DNA of 64,000 bases from Pelomyxa schiedti (GCA_020536535.1 JAHLWZ010000838.1:1-64000), one strand, 5' to 3'; counted from the first letter of the stretch, positions 1 to 12,559 are shown. The notes: a model not told the origin generated them from the letters alone. Program-made: numbers and translations.

Positions 1-170
1 ATTCCCTCGCAGCCTCTGCCCCCTGTGCCCAAGAGACCCCTCCCTCCCCCCTCTTCCAAATCCTAAGTCCCCCTGTATTTTCCTCCTACTGCATTCGATT
101 TATTCAATTGACTATTTTCCTTCCGATAGCAGATTTCGTAATAACTATCGTATCATCCACCACCACTACG

Positions 171-3100
171 ATGGCATCACGCAGGCCGCCGCCCCCTGCA
201 CATGCCACCGTCATTTCCGTCGACGACAGCGACGATGACGAATGCGTGGTAATTAGTGGCGGTCGGGCGCCCCCTCCTCCGCCGCAGCAGCACCCGGTGG
301 GCCCCCCTGCCCCTGCCCCTGTCCCAGCTGCGACCTCTCCCTCTTCTACCATCACCATCACCATCACTGCTAGAAGCACAGAGCATGCCCCCGCTCGGTC
401 GGGGTCGCCACCCCCCCTGTGCCCACCTCGTTCCACTGCCCCCAGCCCGCCCATAGGTCCTTCTTTGACCCCCCATCCTGTCTCTACCCCTTCTTCCTCG
501 TCCTCGTCCTCGCCCACCTCGTTCGCTACCTGCACCACCGCCACAACCACAACTACAACAATGTCATCATCAGCATCATCCACTCCAAACAGCGGCAGTG
601 ACATCACCACTACCAACACCAACAACAGTAAAACATCCGCGTGCACAAGCAGTTGCACCAATGCGAGTTCCAATCCAACTGCTTCTGCTACTGCCAATTC
701 CGGTCCTGGTACCAGCCATGACCCAACTCAGCCGACGGCTGTGTCTAACGGGCACACTGATAGTATCAGCAGCAGAACAACTGGGTGTGGTAGTGGTGAC
801 GGTGGTGGAGGCGGCAGCAACGGGGGCACGTCTGGTTACCTAATCAATGGCCACAGGGTGATGTTCCCTTACAAGCCATACCCCGCGCAGATGGCCCTGG
901 TTTCGAATGCTCTATCGGCAATCAAAAACAGCACTCACGCTGCACTGGAATCGCCCACTGGCACCGGTAAGACCTTAGCTCTGCTGTGTGCATCACTGGC
1001 TGCTCAGAAGTCACATAACGAGGCCGTGAGGACGGCTGCAGAGAAAGAGAGACAGCTGAGACTCTCAAAAATTTTAGCCGAAAGGGCTCAACAGAGAGGA
1101 GTTGGGGACTGCGGGACAAATAATGCGGACTTTGGAGTTTCTGATGACGATGACTTTGAACCTAACTTGACAAGCGTGGTTGAAAACGAGACATGGGATA
1201 GGAGGAACATTAAAATTATTTTTAGTACAAGAACACATGGTCAAGTGGCACAAATTGTACGAGAACTGAGGAAAACACCTTACAAACCTCGAATGTGTGA
1301 AAAACCCTTCCCCACTACAGAAATAATTTTTATCAGGTGTGTTCTTGGTTCCAGAAAGATGTATTGCATCAATTCCGCCATTCGGACAAAGCCAAATAAG
1401 AATGCAGAGTGTAAAAGACTCAACGCCAGAGGTGGCTGTCAGTATAAGGCAAGGAGTAAGTTCATATCCCAATCACATATATTTCAACCTGGCGGAGCCA
1501 AAGCCGTATGTGCCAATGTCATACCTGGATTCTCACCCAGTGTAGATTTGGGATGTCGAAGATCTAGTTAAATTTGGGATGGCTAGCGTTGCTTGCCCAT
1601 ATTATGCTGCCAAAGAAATGGCTGAACTCGCTGAATTAGTGGTAAAATAGTTTGTGATAATTGGAGCTTATTCAGTCTAGGTTTGTCCCTACAATTACGT
1701 TCTGGACCCTGGAATACGGGGATCGCTGGGACTTAGCCTCAAAAACACCGTGGTGTGTGCAAGTCACACCCTATGACAGTGACTAACTTATGTAAGGTAA
1801 TTATTGATGAGGCCCACAATATCGAAGATCGCCTGACTGAGGTATCAAGCTGTGAAATGCCCGCTTCGTTACTACAAGAAGCTCGTGATCAACTTGAAAA
1901 ACTTTCTCGTGCAGGCACAACAACCCAGAGAGAAGACGCTCAAAAAGTTTTGCCAGTGGTGGAGTTATTTCAGAAGTTAGCTTCACAATCAGCTGTTTCA
2001 TGTACTCACGAAAATCCAAACGTGGTTTTGCCTGGGAGTGCCCTTCTTTCTCTGCTGTCAGATGGTAAAGTGGATGAAGCTTATGTCACTGACACGTCTA
2101 TGGCATTTGGAAGGCTTTCAATGGACGTTGATGATGTAGAAGATGAAGAATCTATTCAAATCACTCTCTCCTTTGCAGTCCTTACTCTTGTAGAAGAACT
2201 CCTGAAGGTCTGTCATTAATTACTATAAAATGACAGGCGTTAGTTCCTTTCTCTTCAAATTCCAAACAGCGAGTAGGTTCTTACATTCTTCTTCTCAGAG
2301 AATGGAGCTTTTACCAATGACTATAAGCTTGTGTATCAGCAAGAGGGTTCTCGTTCTCAACTGCAACCACAAGAACAGTAATTTACCCTACGATAAAATT
2401 CTCCCCACAATGCCTAAGACAAACCAACAAAGAAATAGTAAATGTAATGTTGTAGGCAAGACTCAATTTCTATGTGGTGCTTGCTGGCAGGAGTTGCCTT
2501 CACTCCAGTTGCGAAAAACTCTCGTTGTGTCATTTTAGCATCAGGCACTTTAGCACCCATCCCACCAATGTGTGCAGAACTGGGACAACTGTTCCCAATA
2601 CAGACAGAACTACCTCATTTTGTAGTCCCACAACAAGTAGTTCCACTCCTTCGCGATATTCGTATAACCCCATAAGGTTTTCATTTGCTCTTTGTGCAGA
2701 TCTATGGGACTGGACCTTGAATTGACGTTTAACAATGTACAAAGAACTGAAATTCTCGATGCCCTTGGTAAAGCGGTTATATCACTAACTGGGGCAGTTC
2801 CTGCTGGAGTTCTTTGTTTCTTCCCCTCATATTCACTCATGAACCGGGTTCTGCAAAGATGGGAAACAACTGGCACGTTGGATCAAATTGCATCCCTAAA
2901 AACTGGGGGAATATTTGTGGAAAATAATGAAGGGGAAGAGTTTGCTGACAGCCTTCGGGCGTACTGTCAGGCAGTTACTGTAGGGTCAGGGTCTATTTTC
3001 TTTGGTGTATGCAGGGGAAAACTCTCTGAGGGATTGGACTTTGCTGATGATACAGCTAGAGCTGTGATTGTTATTGGGTGTGTTCTCTTCAAGAGCTTGC

Positions 3101-3962
3101 CCTCTCATTTACTTTTTTTTTTTTCTGTTATAGGATACCGTATCCCTCAATCAAAGATCTCCGAGTGAATCTTAAGCGCGAGTACAACGACACCAAGCAA
3201 ATCTGTCCCTCCAAATCGCGTCATTGTCCTACAACTGCCATAGCAACACAACGCCTCCCAAGTGAACCGAAGACCCACTTTGCCTCCCAAGCACAAACAC
3301 AGATACAGAAACAATTATCACCTCCCTCATCGTCCTCTCCATCACCCCCAATGTCACAATCCATTCCCGGCACTAATTCTGGTGCTAGCACACAGAAACA
3401 ATCTTGCACTTCCCCCTCAGTTGTACCACCTCCAAACTCCCAGCTCACACAGCAAGCTGCTCCGCTTGTTGCCAAAACCCAAACACAGAGTTCTGCATCA
3501 AATCCCCCAACCTCCAACCTCCCAAATGGCAGTGCCTGGTACCTCCAGCAAGCTCTCCGCGCCGTGAATCAAGCCGTTGGTAGAATTATCCGGCACAAAA
3601 ATGACTATGGAGCAGTGATACTCATCGATGCCCGCTTCCGAGAACCCAGAACTGCCGGTCTTCTCTCCAAGTGGCTGAGGTCCAACATGAAAATCGAACT
3701 TTCAGCTGATTCCGTGGCCCAGCAGCTATCACCATTCTTCCAAGCAGCACACATTGCATACCCTCACCAACAAGTTATGTTACCCAGCAACAACAGCATC
3801 GGCATCAACAATAGCACTACCCTCCCACCACCTCCTCTTGTATCCACTCAGAATCAAGCCCACACACCTTGTGCATCACTGTTATCCAATTCTCGCAACA
3901 GACGTGGGCCAGTGCACAAGAGGCCACGCCGATACCTGACACTTTCCAAGACGCATGAATAA
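171..3962 (+). CDS. BRIP1: FANCJ/BRIP1-like Fe-S DEAH helicase (XPD/RTEL1 family), multi-exon
   Basis: FPYKPYPAQ Q-motif, Walker A ESPTGTGKT, STRTHGQ, Cys-rich Fe-S region, spliced VCPYNYVLD and IIDEAHNIED, SGTLAP, VCRGKLSEGLDF, and QALRAVNQAVGRIIRHKNDYGAVILIDARF (motif VI). First ATG at 171; S/T-rich N-terminus. Confidence 0.9.
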
Positions 3963-4323
3963 TGACGCTCTTGACAAAGAGTGGGTGTTGCCATGTGTCC
4001 TAAGACTGGGGATTTTTTTCATTTTCCTCGGATGTTGATGGCTTCGCCCATGTTACCAGACTTGTTTTTGCTTTTGTCCTAAATATAAATGTCGAACCAA
4101 TCTTTCCGGGAAGGGGAAACAAAGAAATAAAAACAAAATCCAGCCAGCTTCGACACTGTTTGTGCCGTAGCCCCAATACACCAACCAACCAAACAACACT
4201 GCACAGATCTCGGCGACAGGCAATAGGCAGGCATTTGTTGCCGGACAACTTGTCATATATAACGCGGTAGGAGCCGCATCACCACAGAAACACAAACAAC
4301 AACCGATCTGCACGTAATTGGCA

Positions 4324-6452
4324 ATGTCTGCTGCTGTTCGCAAGGGATCTACGGCGGGCGTAACGGAGCCGGCGCCTCCGACCGCTGACAAAGGCAACAC
4401 CATTCAAAACATGATCCAATTCCTGAGTATTTTCAAGAACGGTCTCTTTGAACTCACAAGTACTCACTCTCTTTCTCCCATTCCAAACAAACCCATATTT
4501 GGTTAGTTCTTGGGGGTCAAAATCTGTATACAAAATCCGGCAAGAAGCCGAGACCCTTCTGCGCCGTGTTTCTTATCGATTCGAGTGGTGGTGCTACTCC
4601 TGCGGACGCACAGGGGGCTCAAGGTCACCTCGTCGACAAGACAGACGTTGCAGATTCTTCCCCCGTGAACCCGACTTGGTGAGCCTTGCTTTTTGAGTTG
4701 TAAAGTAACTTCTAACCATTTACAGGGGAAAAACTTTTGCAATGTATCGCAATCCAGTATCATTTTTTCTCTAACAGTACATAGAGAGATTCCACCAGGC
4801 ACTAAGAAGATTCAAATCCATGTTATAAGCTTCCACAGGCTTGGGAAAAACCGATTGATTGGTGTATGTGAAATTGAGTTAGCTTCCGTGACTCAAAATT
4901 ACTGGTACATTTCTCTTGGGGTACCTCTTGCCTTGGAGTGTGGAACTCATTTAAATAGGGAGGTTGAACCAACTCTCTTCGACCTCGTTCAGGATAAAGC
5001 TGTAAAAGAAAAAGGGAAGCTTCAATTGAAGTGGAGCTGGACTTCAGCTTTTGCTCGAAACGATGACTTCCGTTTGGCTTTCATGAATTACAAGAAAATT
5101 ACACCGGTGTGTGATTCAGCCAAGTCTTCACGTGCAACATTAATTCGCATGAAGATCCTTTTTGCAAATGGCTTTCATGTCTCTCTCGCAATTTGCAATG
5201 CATTACAATCAGAAGACATGGTTGCTGTTGCTCTTATTCGTATATTTAATAGCCAGAGGCTGGCAGCGCCTCTTGTACTTCGCCTTCTGCAGATTGATAT
5301 CGATACTAATTTGAGAGGTTTTTTGCGAGAATATTTGTGAAGCTCCCCAAGTAATCTAACTGCTTCAGCAACCGCTGCTGGCAACACTCTCTTCAGGAGA
5401 GATTCCATGGCAACAAGGATGTGCTCACATTATTTCAAGCTCATTGGCTTCCTGTATTTGCACAATACACTTTCTGCGGGAATTAACACATTGCTTGCTG
5501 ATACTACACGGTACGAGGTTGATCCCCACAGAATAAGGTATTCCATTTTAGTGGTTGGTGACAAAGAGAAATGAATTTGGCACTCAGGTCTGGTGAAGAT
5601 ATTCATGTAAATTCAGAGAGGCTTGTGGCTGCCGTTAATGAGATTCTTTCTGCCATTTTTGCTTCAACTGGACGCATACCTTTGTAAGTTTTGTGCCCGA
5701 GACTCAAAATACTGATAGACAAAGGAACATGAGATTATTGCTGCTTCAAGTTAAAAATTATTTGGAGGAACGAGGAAAACCAAATTTGACCCCTGTGGTC
5801 ATAGTGAACTTATTTTTTTTGCGGTACTTATGCCCTGCAATTTTCTTGCCGGAAGGGTGCTACCTTGTTGAGAGTGAGTCTTTTGGGAAGTTTCTCTATC
5901 TAATTTTCATAGAACCTGTGGAAGTTACTCCAGAAGGAAGGCGAGTGCTTACTTTGATGACCAAAATTATTCAAACTCTTGCTACTGGCGTGAGACAAGA
6001 GTAGACAACCTTCTCAATGAATTGCACTCATTAGTTCCTTTTCCCTAGAGATTCTACACTTGAACCTTTTATGCACCCATTACTTCCAATGTTACAGCCA
6101 ATGCGTGCGGCAACTGAGACATTTGTTACTGCCCTTCTTGTGCGTTTCTTCCTCATTCATATAATTACCTAATATCACAAGGAACCTATCACCAGTGGAC
6201 CACCTGATGAATTCCATTCCAGGTTGGAGGAGGATGACTACCCTAAGCTACTCTCTGTTGTGGTATGCGGCCTTATTCTCCTGTAGTACTCAACCTTAAC
6301 TTGAACACCAGGTCAACAAAATGCACGGTAAATGGGAGAAGATTGAAAAAGAGCTAGCAACTGTACACGAGGCAAGTGGCACTGCCCCCGACATCAAGGC
6401 CAACGTAGATGGTGAATTTGGTGTACTCAAGGGTATCTTGAAGACCACTTGA
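4324..6452 (+). CDS. C2-domain Ras GTPase-activating protein, multi-exon
   Basis: Spliced N-terminal C2-like segment (VLGGQNL...PFCAVFL...SPVNPTW). RasGAP motifs FRRDSMATRM, YEVDP and FFLRYLCPAIFLPE. Stop TGA at 6450-6452. Confidence 0.85.
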
Positions 6453-6548
6453 GGTAAATTGCAGCGTTTGCAGCACCAAAGACCACCAAAAAAAAGAGGA
6501 GATTTTTAAAAAAACAGAGAATTTGTCTTCATTTACGATTTTTATCTT

Positions 6549-7516
6549 CTATTTCCTCGTCGGGCAATTTTTGGTGGGGGCGCTCCTAGCTAGAATAATT
6601 TTCATTAGTGTGTACCAAACGAGAGGCGATACCGGCTTCAGCTTCTCCCGGATTTCCAGTATAGTTTTGCTCATTGAGGGTGTTGTTTCAGGTATTGTTG
6701 GGAAAGTTGTTACTGTACGGCCCACATTGTGTGAACGTGTTTCTGGAACTTCCCAATCCAAACCTTTAGCTGTAGGCTGTTCTGTCGTAGGTTTTCTTTT
6801 TAGGGGAACCATGGGTGAAAGTGCCTGAGAAGGAATGTGACTGGTAGTGTATGTTGTTGTTGAACTGTGGCTTATTGGAGCTGTAGGATTTGCATTACAA
6901 GTAGAATTTGGGCCAGAATTATGCTGCGCAGTGGCGTCAAAGCTATTTACAAATGCCCGGCGACTGTCGAGTTTTTGCTTGGTTTCTTCCACGCTTTCAA
7001 ATTCAGGTGCATAGGTAACCTCGTTACATCGTTAGAAAGCCTTTCTTGTTGTTCAGAATGGTGTGGTTTGATTTAATTTGGTTGTTTCTCCGGAGAAAAA
7101 GGGGAATACACACATGTAGTAGAGTTCCATAGAACTCGTAATCGTCAAGGTCTCGCTTTGCATTATGGGCTTCCTCCACCGAAGAATACTTTATCCAATA
7201 AACATCAGTGAATTGATCGGCCGTCTTATAATCATCCAGCAGCCGATACCTACAGTGAACCACACACGCGTTTATAATCGGAATCGACGCACTCACTCAC
7301 ACACTCCAATATTGGACCATGCAGCGCAAACAATGACAGCAAGTCTCCCCTCGCGCCCACTGCCGGCACATTGGACACCATCACGTACCGCGACTCGTGC
7401 AGTATGGTGTACACCTTCACAGCTGTCTCCTTGCCGCCGGACCGCCACCCTGGTCTCGTCGTGCACACTTCCCCCTGCTCGTGCAGCTCGGCAACAACAC
7501 CCGGGTCCTGGCTCAT
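6549..7516 (-). CDS. RBM48: RBM48, RRM protein of the activated minor spliceosome
   Basis: AVKVYTILHESRYVMVSNVPAVG...LFALHGPI, DQFTDVYWIKY...AKRDLDDYEFYGTLLH|VTYAPEFESVEETKQKL match the RBM48 N-terminal signature as I recall it. Confidence 0.85.
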
Positions 7517-7632
7517 GTGTGTGTTTCTACAATGTTTTGTCGAAATTGGTCTTTTGAAGCTTTTCCGATTTCTGTTTAGAGCATTGCTTTCGACTCGAAC
7601 CTGGTAAACTGGGATGCCACAGTGCATTCAGT

Positions 7633-8820
7633 TCAAATGAAACCTGTTACGTGCCACTGCATTGGCCGAGAGGGTAATTTGAGTGTTACAGTAAGGTGAC
7701 CCTCTAAATCAGTTACTTCGACTGCATGGTTTGGGATGTCACATTGGTGGAACAGGAACCCTGACTCAGCAACCACAGGAGAGCAAACCCCTGCCCTGGC
7801 CTCAATACTCCTCAGTGGTGCAATGGAGTTACAGTCCCAAATTTCCACAGAATAATTCTTCGTGGAGATACAAAACAGGGAGGAGGTGAGCTGAGATATT
7901 CCACGCGTGCCACGGGAAATGGGAACCAGGTTAGCGCCATCAAAGTCATTAAGTTTACAACCCTCCTCAAATTTGTACACACAGCCAAGAATACGAGCAT
8001 CATGGACCTCCACAAAAAGCAGGCGTTTTCCACTTTCTGAGTTCCACATTGCCACGCCTGATGCAAAGTGATTGTCACACGGCGGTACCCACTGTATCAA
8101 GCACACCACGGCCAGCTTCTTGACGGCGTAGCTCTTTTCCAAATCAACCACCGCCAAGAACTGCCCATGTCCCTCTAGCACCCCCACAATCACAGCTTCC
8201 CCAACCACACACTTGTTGCAGAACACAGCGTGGCACTCGTACGCCCACTCGCACCGAACCCCACAGGGTCCCCCAGGCGCCCTCAGGTTGCACACAGTCA
8301 CGTGCCCCTCGTCCCCGCAGTGCACCCACCACCCGCCTGGCGCCACCCCCTGCGCCGTCGTTGTAGTGTCCGCCGAGGCCACCACCTTCCTCCCGCGAGT
8401 GTCGTCCTCCCTCGCCCCGCCGCTGCTCGCCGCGGCAGCCGCCGGGCCAAACGAGTACTCCCAGTCCCACGACCTGATGCGCTTTGTCACTACCACATGG
8501 TCGATGTCCAGGGCCCCTTCGTAGGTCACGAGGGGCGACGCTGATGCGCCGCCGGCGCCCCGGCACAGCAGGGTTGGCATGTTCCTCGTGAGACCACAGA
8601 GGGCCCGGGAGAGCCCGAAGCGGATGTACACGGCGTAATGGGGGTTGGGAATCGCCACACAGAGGCCGAAGCACACCTCGGTGTCGCGGAGGCACCACTG
8701 ACGCAGCCACGCGGTCAGCGGGGGCAGCGACGTGAAATGGCGTGCCGAGCTGTTCCGGCCACACCGAACGTGGGATGACATCCCAAATGCGTGGAGCTGT
8801 TGGTGACACCTCAATGCCAT
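7633..8820 (-). CDS. Intronless hypothetical protein of a lineage-specific family (N-terminal H-x-R-C-G motif, beta-rich body)
   Basis: 395-aa single-exon GC-rich ORF. Shares QxxA...HxRCGR, W-C and GxWWV motifs with the disrupted locus at 16.5-18.2 kb. Confidence 0.7.
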   Translation of the reverse strand: MALRCHQQLHAFGMSSHVRCGRNSSARHFTSLPPLTAWLRQWCLRDTEVCFGLCVAIPNPHYAVYIRFGLSRALCGLTRNMPTLLCRGAGGASASPLVTYEGALDIDHVVVTKRIRSWDWEYSFGPAAAAASSGGAREDDTRGRKVVASADTTTTAQGVAPGGWWVHCGDEGHVTVCNLRAPGGPCGVRCEWAYECHAVFCNKCVVGEAVIVGVLEGHGQFLAVVDLEKSYAVKKLAVVCLIQWVPPCDNHFASGVAMWNSESGKRLLFVEVHDARILGCVYKFEEGCKLNDFDGANLVPISRGTRGISQLTSSLFCISTKNYSVEIWDCNSIAPLRSIEARAGVCSPVVAESGFLFHQCDIPNHAVEVTDLEGHLTVTLKLPSRPMQWHVTGFI

Positions 8821-8878
8821 AGAATTCTTTCCTAGAGTACAGGAAACATTGATTTCACCGAAGGGGAAAACTTGTGCG

Positions 8879-8886
8879 TCCCATAA
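8879..8886 (+). promoter_or_regulatory. DUSE-like upstream element TCCCATAA of U5 snRNA
   Basis: Matches Dictyostelium DUSE WCCCAYAA. Lies about 63 nt before the inferred U5 start; a near-identical motif precedes U6. Confidence 0.65.
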
Positions 8887-8941
8887 GCGTCACAACTGTG
8901 GGGGGTGTCAAAAGGCGACTGGGGAACAAAAATCTACACTT

Positions 8942-9065
8942 ACCGGCGCAGGGCCAGGCGCATAACGTTTTTGTCATTCGCCTTTTACTAATGAGCAACC
9001 GTGCTCCTGGTCGTCATAAATGCGCTTTGATCACGTATTTTTGTGAGGAGAGAGGCTCTCCTCTC
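8942..9065 (+). ncRNA. U5: U5 spliceosomal snRNA
   Basis: Invariant loop I GCCTTTTAC (8980-8988) closed by TCATT/AATGA, flanked by CGCATAA and CCGTG. Stems GGCCAGG/CCTGGTC and GCGCA/TGCGC, Sm site ATTTTTG (9037-9043), 3' hairpin GAGGAGAG..TCTCCTC. Ends are approximate. Confidence 0.9.
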
Positions 9066-9275
9066 TCTTTCCAACTTAAAAAAAATTCTTGTTGTTTGTT
9101 TATGCTTGGAAGTTCTCATTATTTCCCTTTCCACAGTGTTTAGAGTCAGACCATAAAACGGTCAGCCCGCTAGTATTAACTTCACCTCATTTCAACCAAA
9201 ATTTTCGTTGTTGGAGAAGAACACCAACGCTCCCTCCGGCAAAAAGACTCTAAAATTTTTGGCAAAAAGACCAAG

Positions 9276-12200
9276 TTAGAACTTGGGTTTTTTCTTGGAT
9301 TCAACAAGCTTCACAGTTCGGTTGAATACGGGCTTGCCGGGCTTGCTATCGAGGTCGGTGCAGAAGAATCCCACTCTCTCAAATTGGAAGCAATCCCACG
9401 GCTTGGCGGCTATGGATGAGGGTTAAGGCAAAGAGGGAATTCAATCTGAAGGGGAAAAAAACCTTTGAGTGATTCATCGATGTAGGCATTGGGGATCACG
9501 ATAAGGGAGTTGGGATTTATATCGTTTTCCCAATCTTTAAGTGCATCGGGCTGTTTCGACTTGAAAAGAACATCGTACAATCTGACTTCAGCTGTACAAG
9601 GTTCCTAAAAACCGTGGTGAGAGACAAGGAAACTGCTATAACTAAAAAAAAACCTCATTTGGACGGGGCTGAGCAACCCAGTGAATGTGACCTTTAGGTG
9701 TTCTAGCGTGGGTGGGGTCATACGTTGCTGTCAAGGACACTATTTTGCCTGTTGTGTCACGTACAACACCCGTGCACGTGATATTGTGCTTAGAGTGTCT
9801 CAGACCAACTTCTTTTCCAACAGCCAACCCCCAGAAGCTCTTTAAAGTGGTTACTAACAGGAAAATGAAGCAGGAAGTGAACCTTGACATCTTTCTCAGA
9901 GAAATCGGCCCTCTCTATGTAAATCACCCTTGAGAAGGGAACCTCATTTCGGCCCCTAGATTCATCACTTGGGTGGTTTGGTCTGCTGACCATTTCCACT
10001 CTATCAGCCTCCCAGTTTACAATTTCCACACGAAGAGGGTCCAAAACCGCCATCCCACGTAGGCACCGATTTTCCATATCCTGGCGGCAGTGAGTTTCTA
10101 CAGATAGGTTAGAGGAAAAGAAAAACGGGACCAGCGTACCCAAGAAAGTGTAGTGAATCCACACGGTGTCATTGGTTGTCACGCCAACAGCATCGCAAAA
10201 ATTATTAATTGCTGTTGGACTGTAACCTTTTCTTCTGAGACCATTTATGGTAGGAAGACGGGGATCATCCCAGCCGTTCACCAGTTCTATGAGCAGTTGG
10301 ACTTGGGGAAAAAAAAAGGAAAAATACGCACTCTTGGTCACCAGAATGAGTAATTTGCGCTTTGACATCACTGTGTGGGTGATGTTAAGACGGCTGAACT
10401 CCCACACGACGGGTTTATACATTTCTAGGGCATCCAGCAGCCAGAAATATGACTCCCTCCTTGGCTATTGATGTGTAAAAAGACTAAAAAGACGAAGAAA
10501 CAGTTGAACTCACTCACCAAAAATTCCAAAGTACACATGGAGTGTGTAATGTCTTCGAGCGAATCATTAATGCAGTGGGTGTAATCGTAGCTTGGATAAA
10601 CACAGTACTTGTTGCCAGTCATAGGGTGAGGCACGTACTTGATCCTGTAGGCAATCAAGTCTCTCATACATGGATTTGGGGAGTCCACAGTCATTTTCAT
10701 TCTCAAAGTTGCTTCTCCCTCCTTAAACCTGCATTGGGATTTAAAAAAAAGCTGGAAAATAATGCTTAGAGTGTACCTGCCCTGGCGCATTTGCTCAAAC
10801 AGGTCCAAGCTTTCCTGAATGGGTCTATCTCTCCAAGGACTTGCAATGCATTTCAGCCGGGACTCCTTGATTTCTGCTGGAGATTGGTGGCAGACATAAG
10901 CCTTCCCTCTCTTAAAGGTATTAGACGAGTTTTTCTTTTTTTCTTCTTTAACCTTAATGAGGGCAATAGCACACTCGATGAGTTGATCAAAGTAACTCGA
11001 GGCATATGTTATTGCACAGGGTGTATGCCCCAGCCATTTGACATTCTAAAAAGATTGTTACCTTATGAGCAACGACGGGAGATTGTACGTCAAGTATCGA
11101 CTCTATGTAAGTGTGATTTTCCTTCTCGGGGTTAGTGTCGTCGTATCTGAGGAAGCACTTGCCGCCATATTTTTCGGCGGTTCCGAAGTTGAGGAACATT
11201 GATTTGGCATGCCCTATGTGAAGGAAACCCTGACAAACTTGTTACTATTAAACGAGGAGAGTAAGGTTACATTTGGCTCTGGAGGAAAACGAGTAACAAC
11301 TTTTCCACCTGTGCGAGCCAAATGTGCTGCGAGTATGGCCGGATTAAGTTGCTTGTTGTCAGATGGAAGAGACAACCCGTGATGCATAGGTTCTGGGGGT
11401 CTTGGTCCTGGGGGAGTAGGAGAAGTCTCAGTTACGGTTGCTGAGGTGGTTGCAGTTGCAGTTGCAGTTGGGGCTGCGGTTGTGGTCACTACTGATGGAG
11501 ATTCTTTTGTAGGCGCTTTATTTTTACCCTTTCCTGCCGCTATATCACTTTCTGTCTTTGGACCCAAAATGGCCAATAGTTGAGCGTCTACTTCATCTTT
11601 CACCGTTTTTCCATCTGCCCACTTAAGTTGCCCCGCTCTAAAAAAAAAAGGTAAGCACCCCATCACAGAGAACCCAGTGCAACTGTGGACACACCTCACA
11701 TTTCTGAGGAATGCAAAAACATCAAACTGGTATCTTTTTGTAGTAACCTCTTCACGAACCGCGGCGAAAGCACGAGCAACTTCAGATTTTACCACAGCAG
11801 GACTGACATCAACGCCAATACCACACTCTCGTTCCAGTACGGTGGCATCAAATCTCTCCCCCAAAATGCCACCACCAACAATGCACCCACTTGGGTCAAT
11901 GCGTGTGAGAAGCTTGATTGCAGCATCCAGTTGTGGCTGCAAGTTCATTTTGTGGTCGGCAATGTACCTGGCAATAAGAGGGCGATGAATATGAGTATGT
12001 GCAGGCAATTTGGCAGAAGCAAGGTTGTATAGTAATACACCAAGGGACTTGTCACAGCCTCCAGTGAGCTTAAGCTAGGACAAATTAGATAGGGAAACAA
12101 AAAGGGGAAAATAGAGACCCACCTCAGTTAGAAGGCCAAACAAACACTCCGTCAACTCTGGATTCCTTACTGTTTCGCGTGCCTTGGCAGGGACAATGCC

Positions 12201-12559
12201 TATTCTCTGAAAAACGGCCAACGCTTCCACCAAATGGTCAACATGAGCGAGTGCGCGCTCCTCGGTCTCTCCCGTCCAAACAACCAGACCTCCCGTAACA
12301 ATTACGCGGTAGTCGTGTGCTGTTTGGCTGGTAACTCGACCACCTTTTTTGGAAGTTGCATAGTTAGTTTTGCGGAGTGAGAAAAAAAGTTCATTAAAGA
12401 AACGCTTAGTGGGAGCGATTGCTTAATAAAAATTGGGAGGGCCGAACTTTTGGATACGCGGTTTCCCTCAATTTTTTGAGCCTGGAAAATATCGACTGTC
12501 TTTATTGTCGCCCATGTAGTAGTAGGTGTGGCCGTAGTTGTGGCTGTAGTTGTAGCCAT
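9276..12559 (-). CDS. QARS1: Glutaminyl-tRNA synthetase, multi-exon, with an extra N-terminal segment
   Basis: TRFPPEPN|[11 protein letters not shown] (HIGH motif), [53 protein letters not shown]. Eukaryotic N-terminal domain ([22 protein letters not shown]). Confidence 0.95.

Noticed and set aside
104-697. Long minus-strand ORF and similar antisense ORFs over GC-rich first exons (e.g. 43467-43823, 58382-58981)
   Set aside because: Shadow frames of low-complexity coding exons on the other strand; no motifs.
8938-8944. ACTTACC resembling the U1 5' end
   Set aside because: The downstream sequence has the invariant U5 loop I and U5 architecture, not U1 stems.
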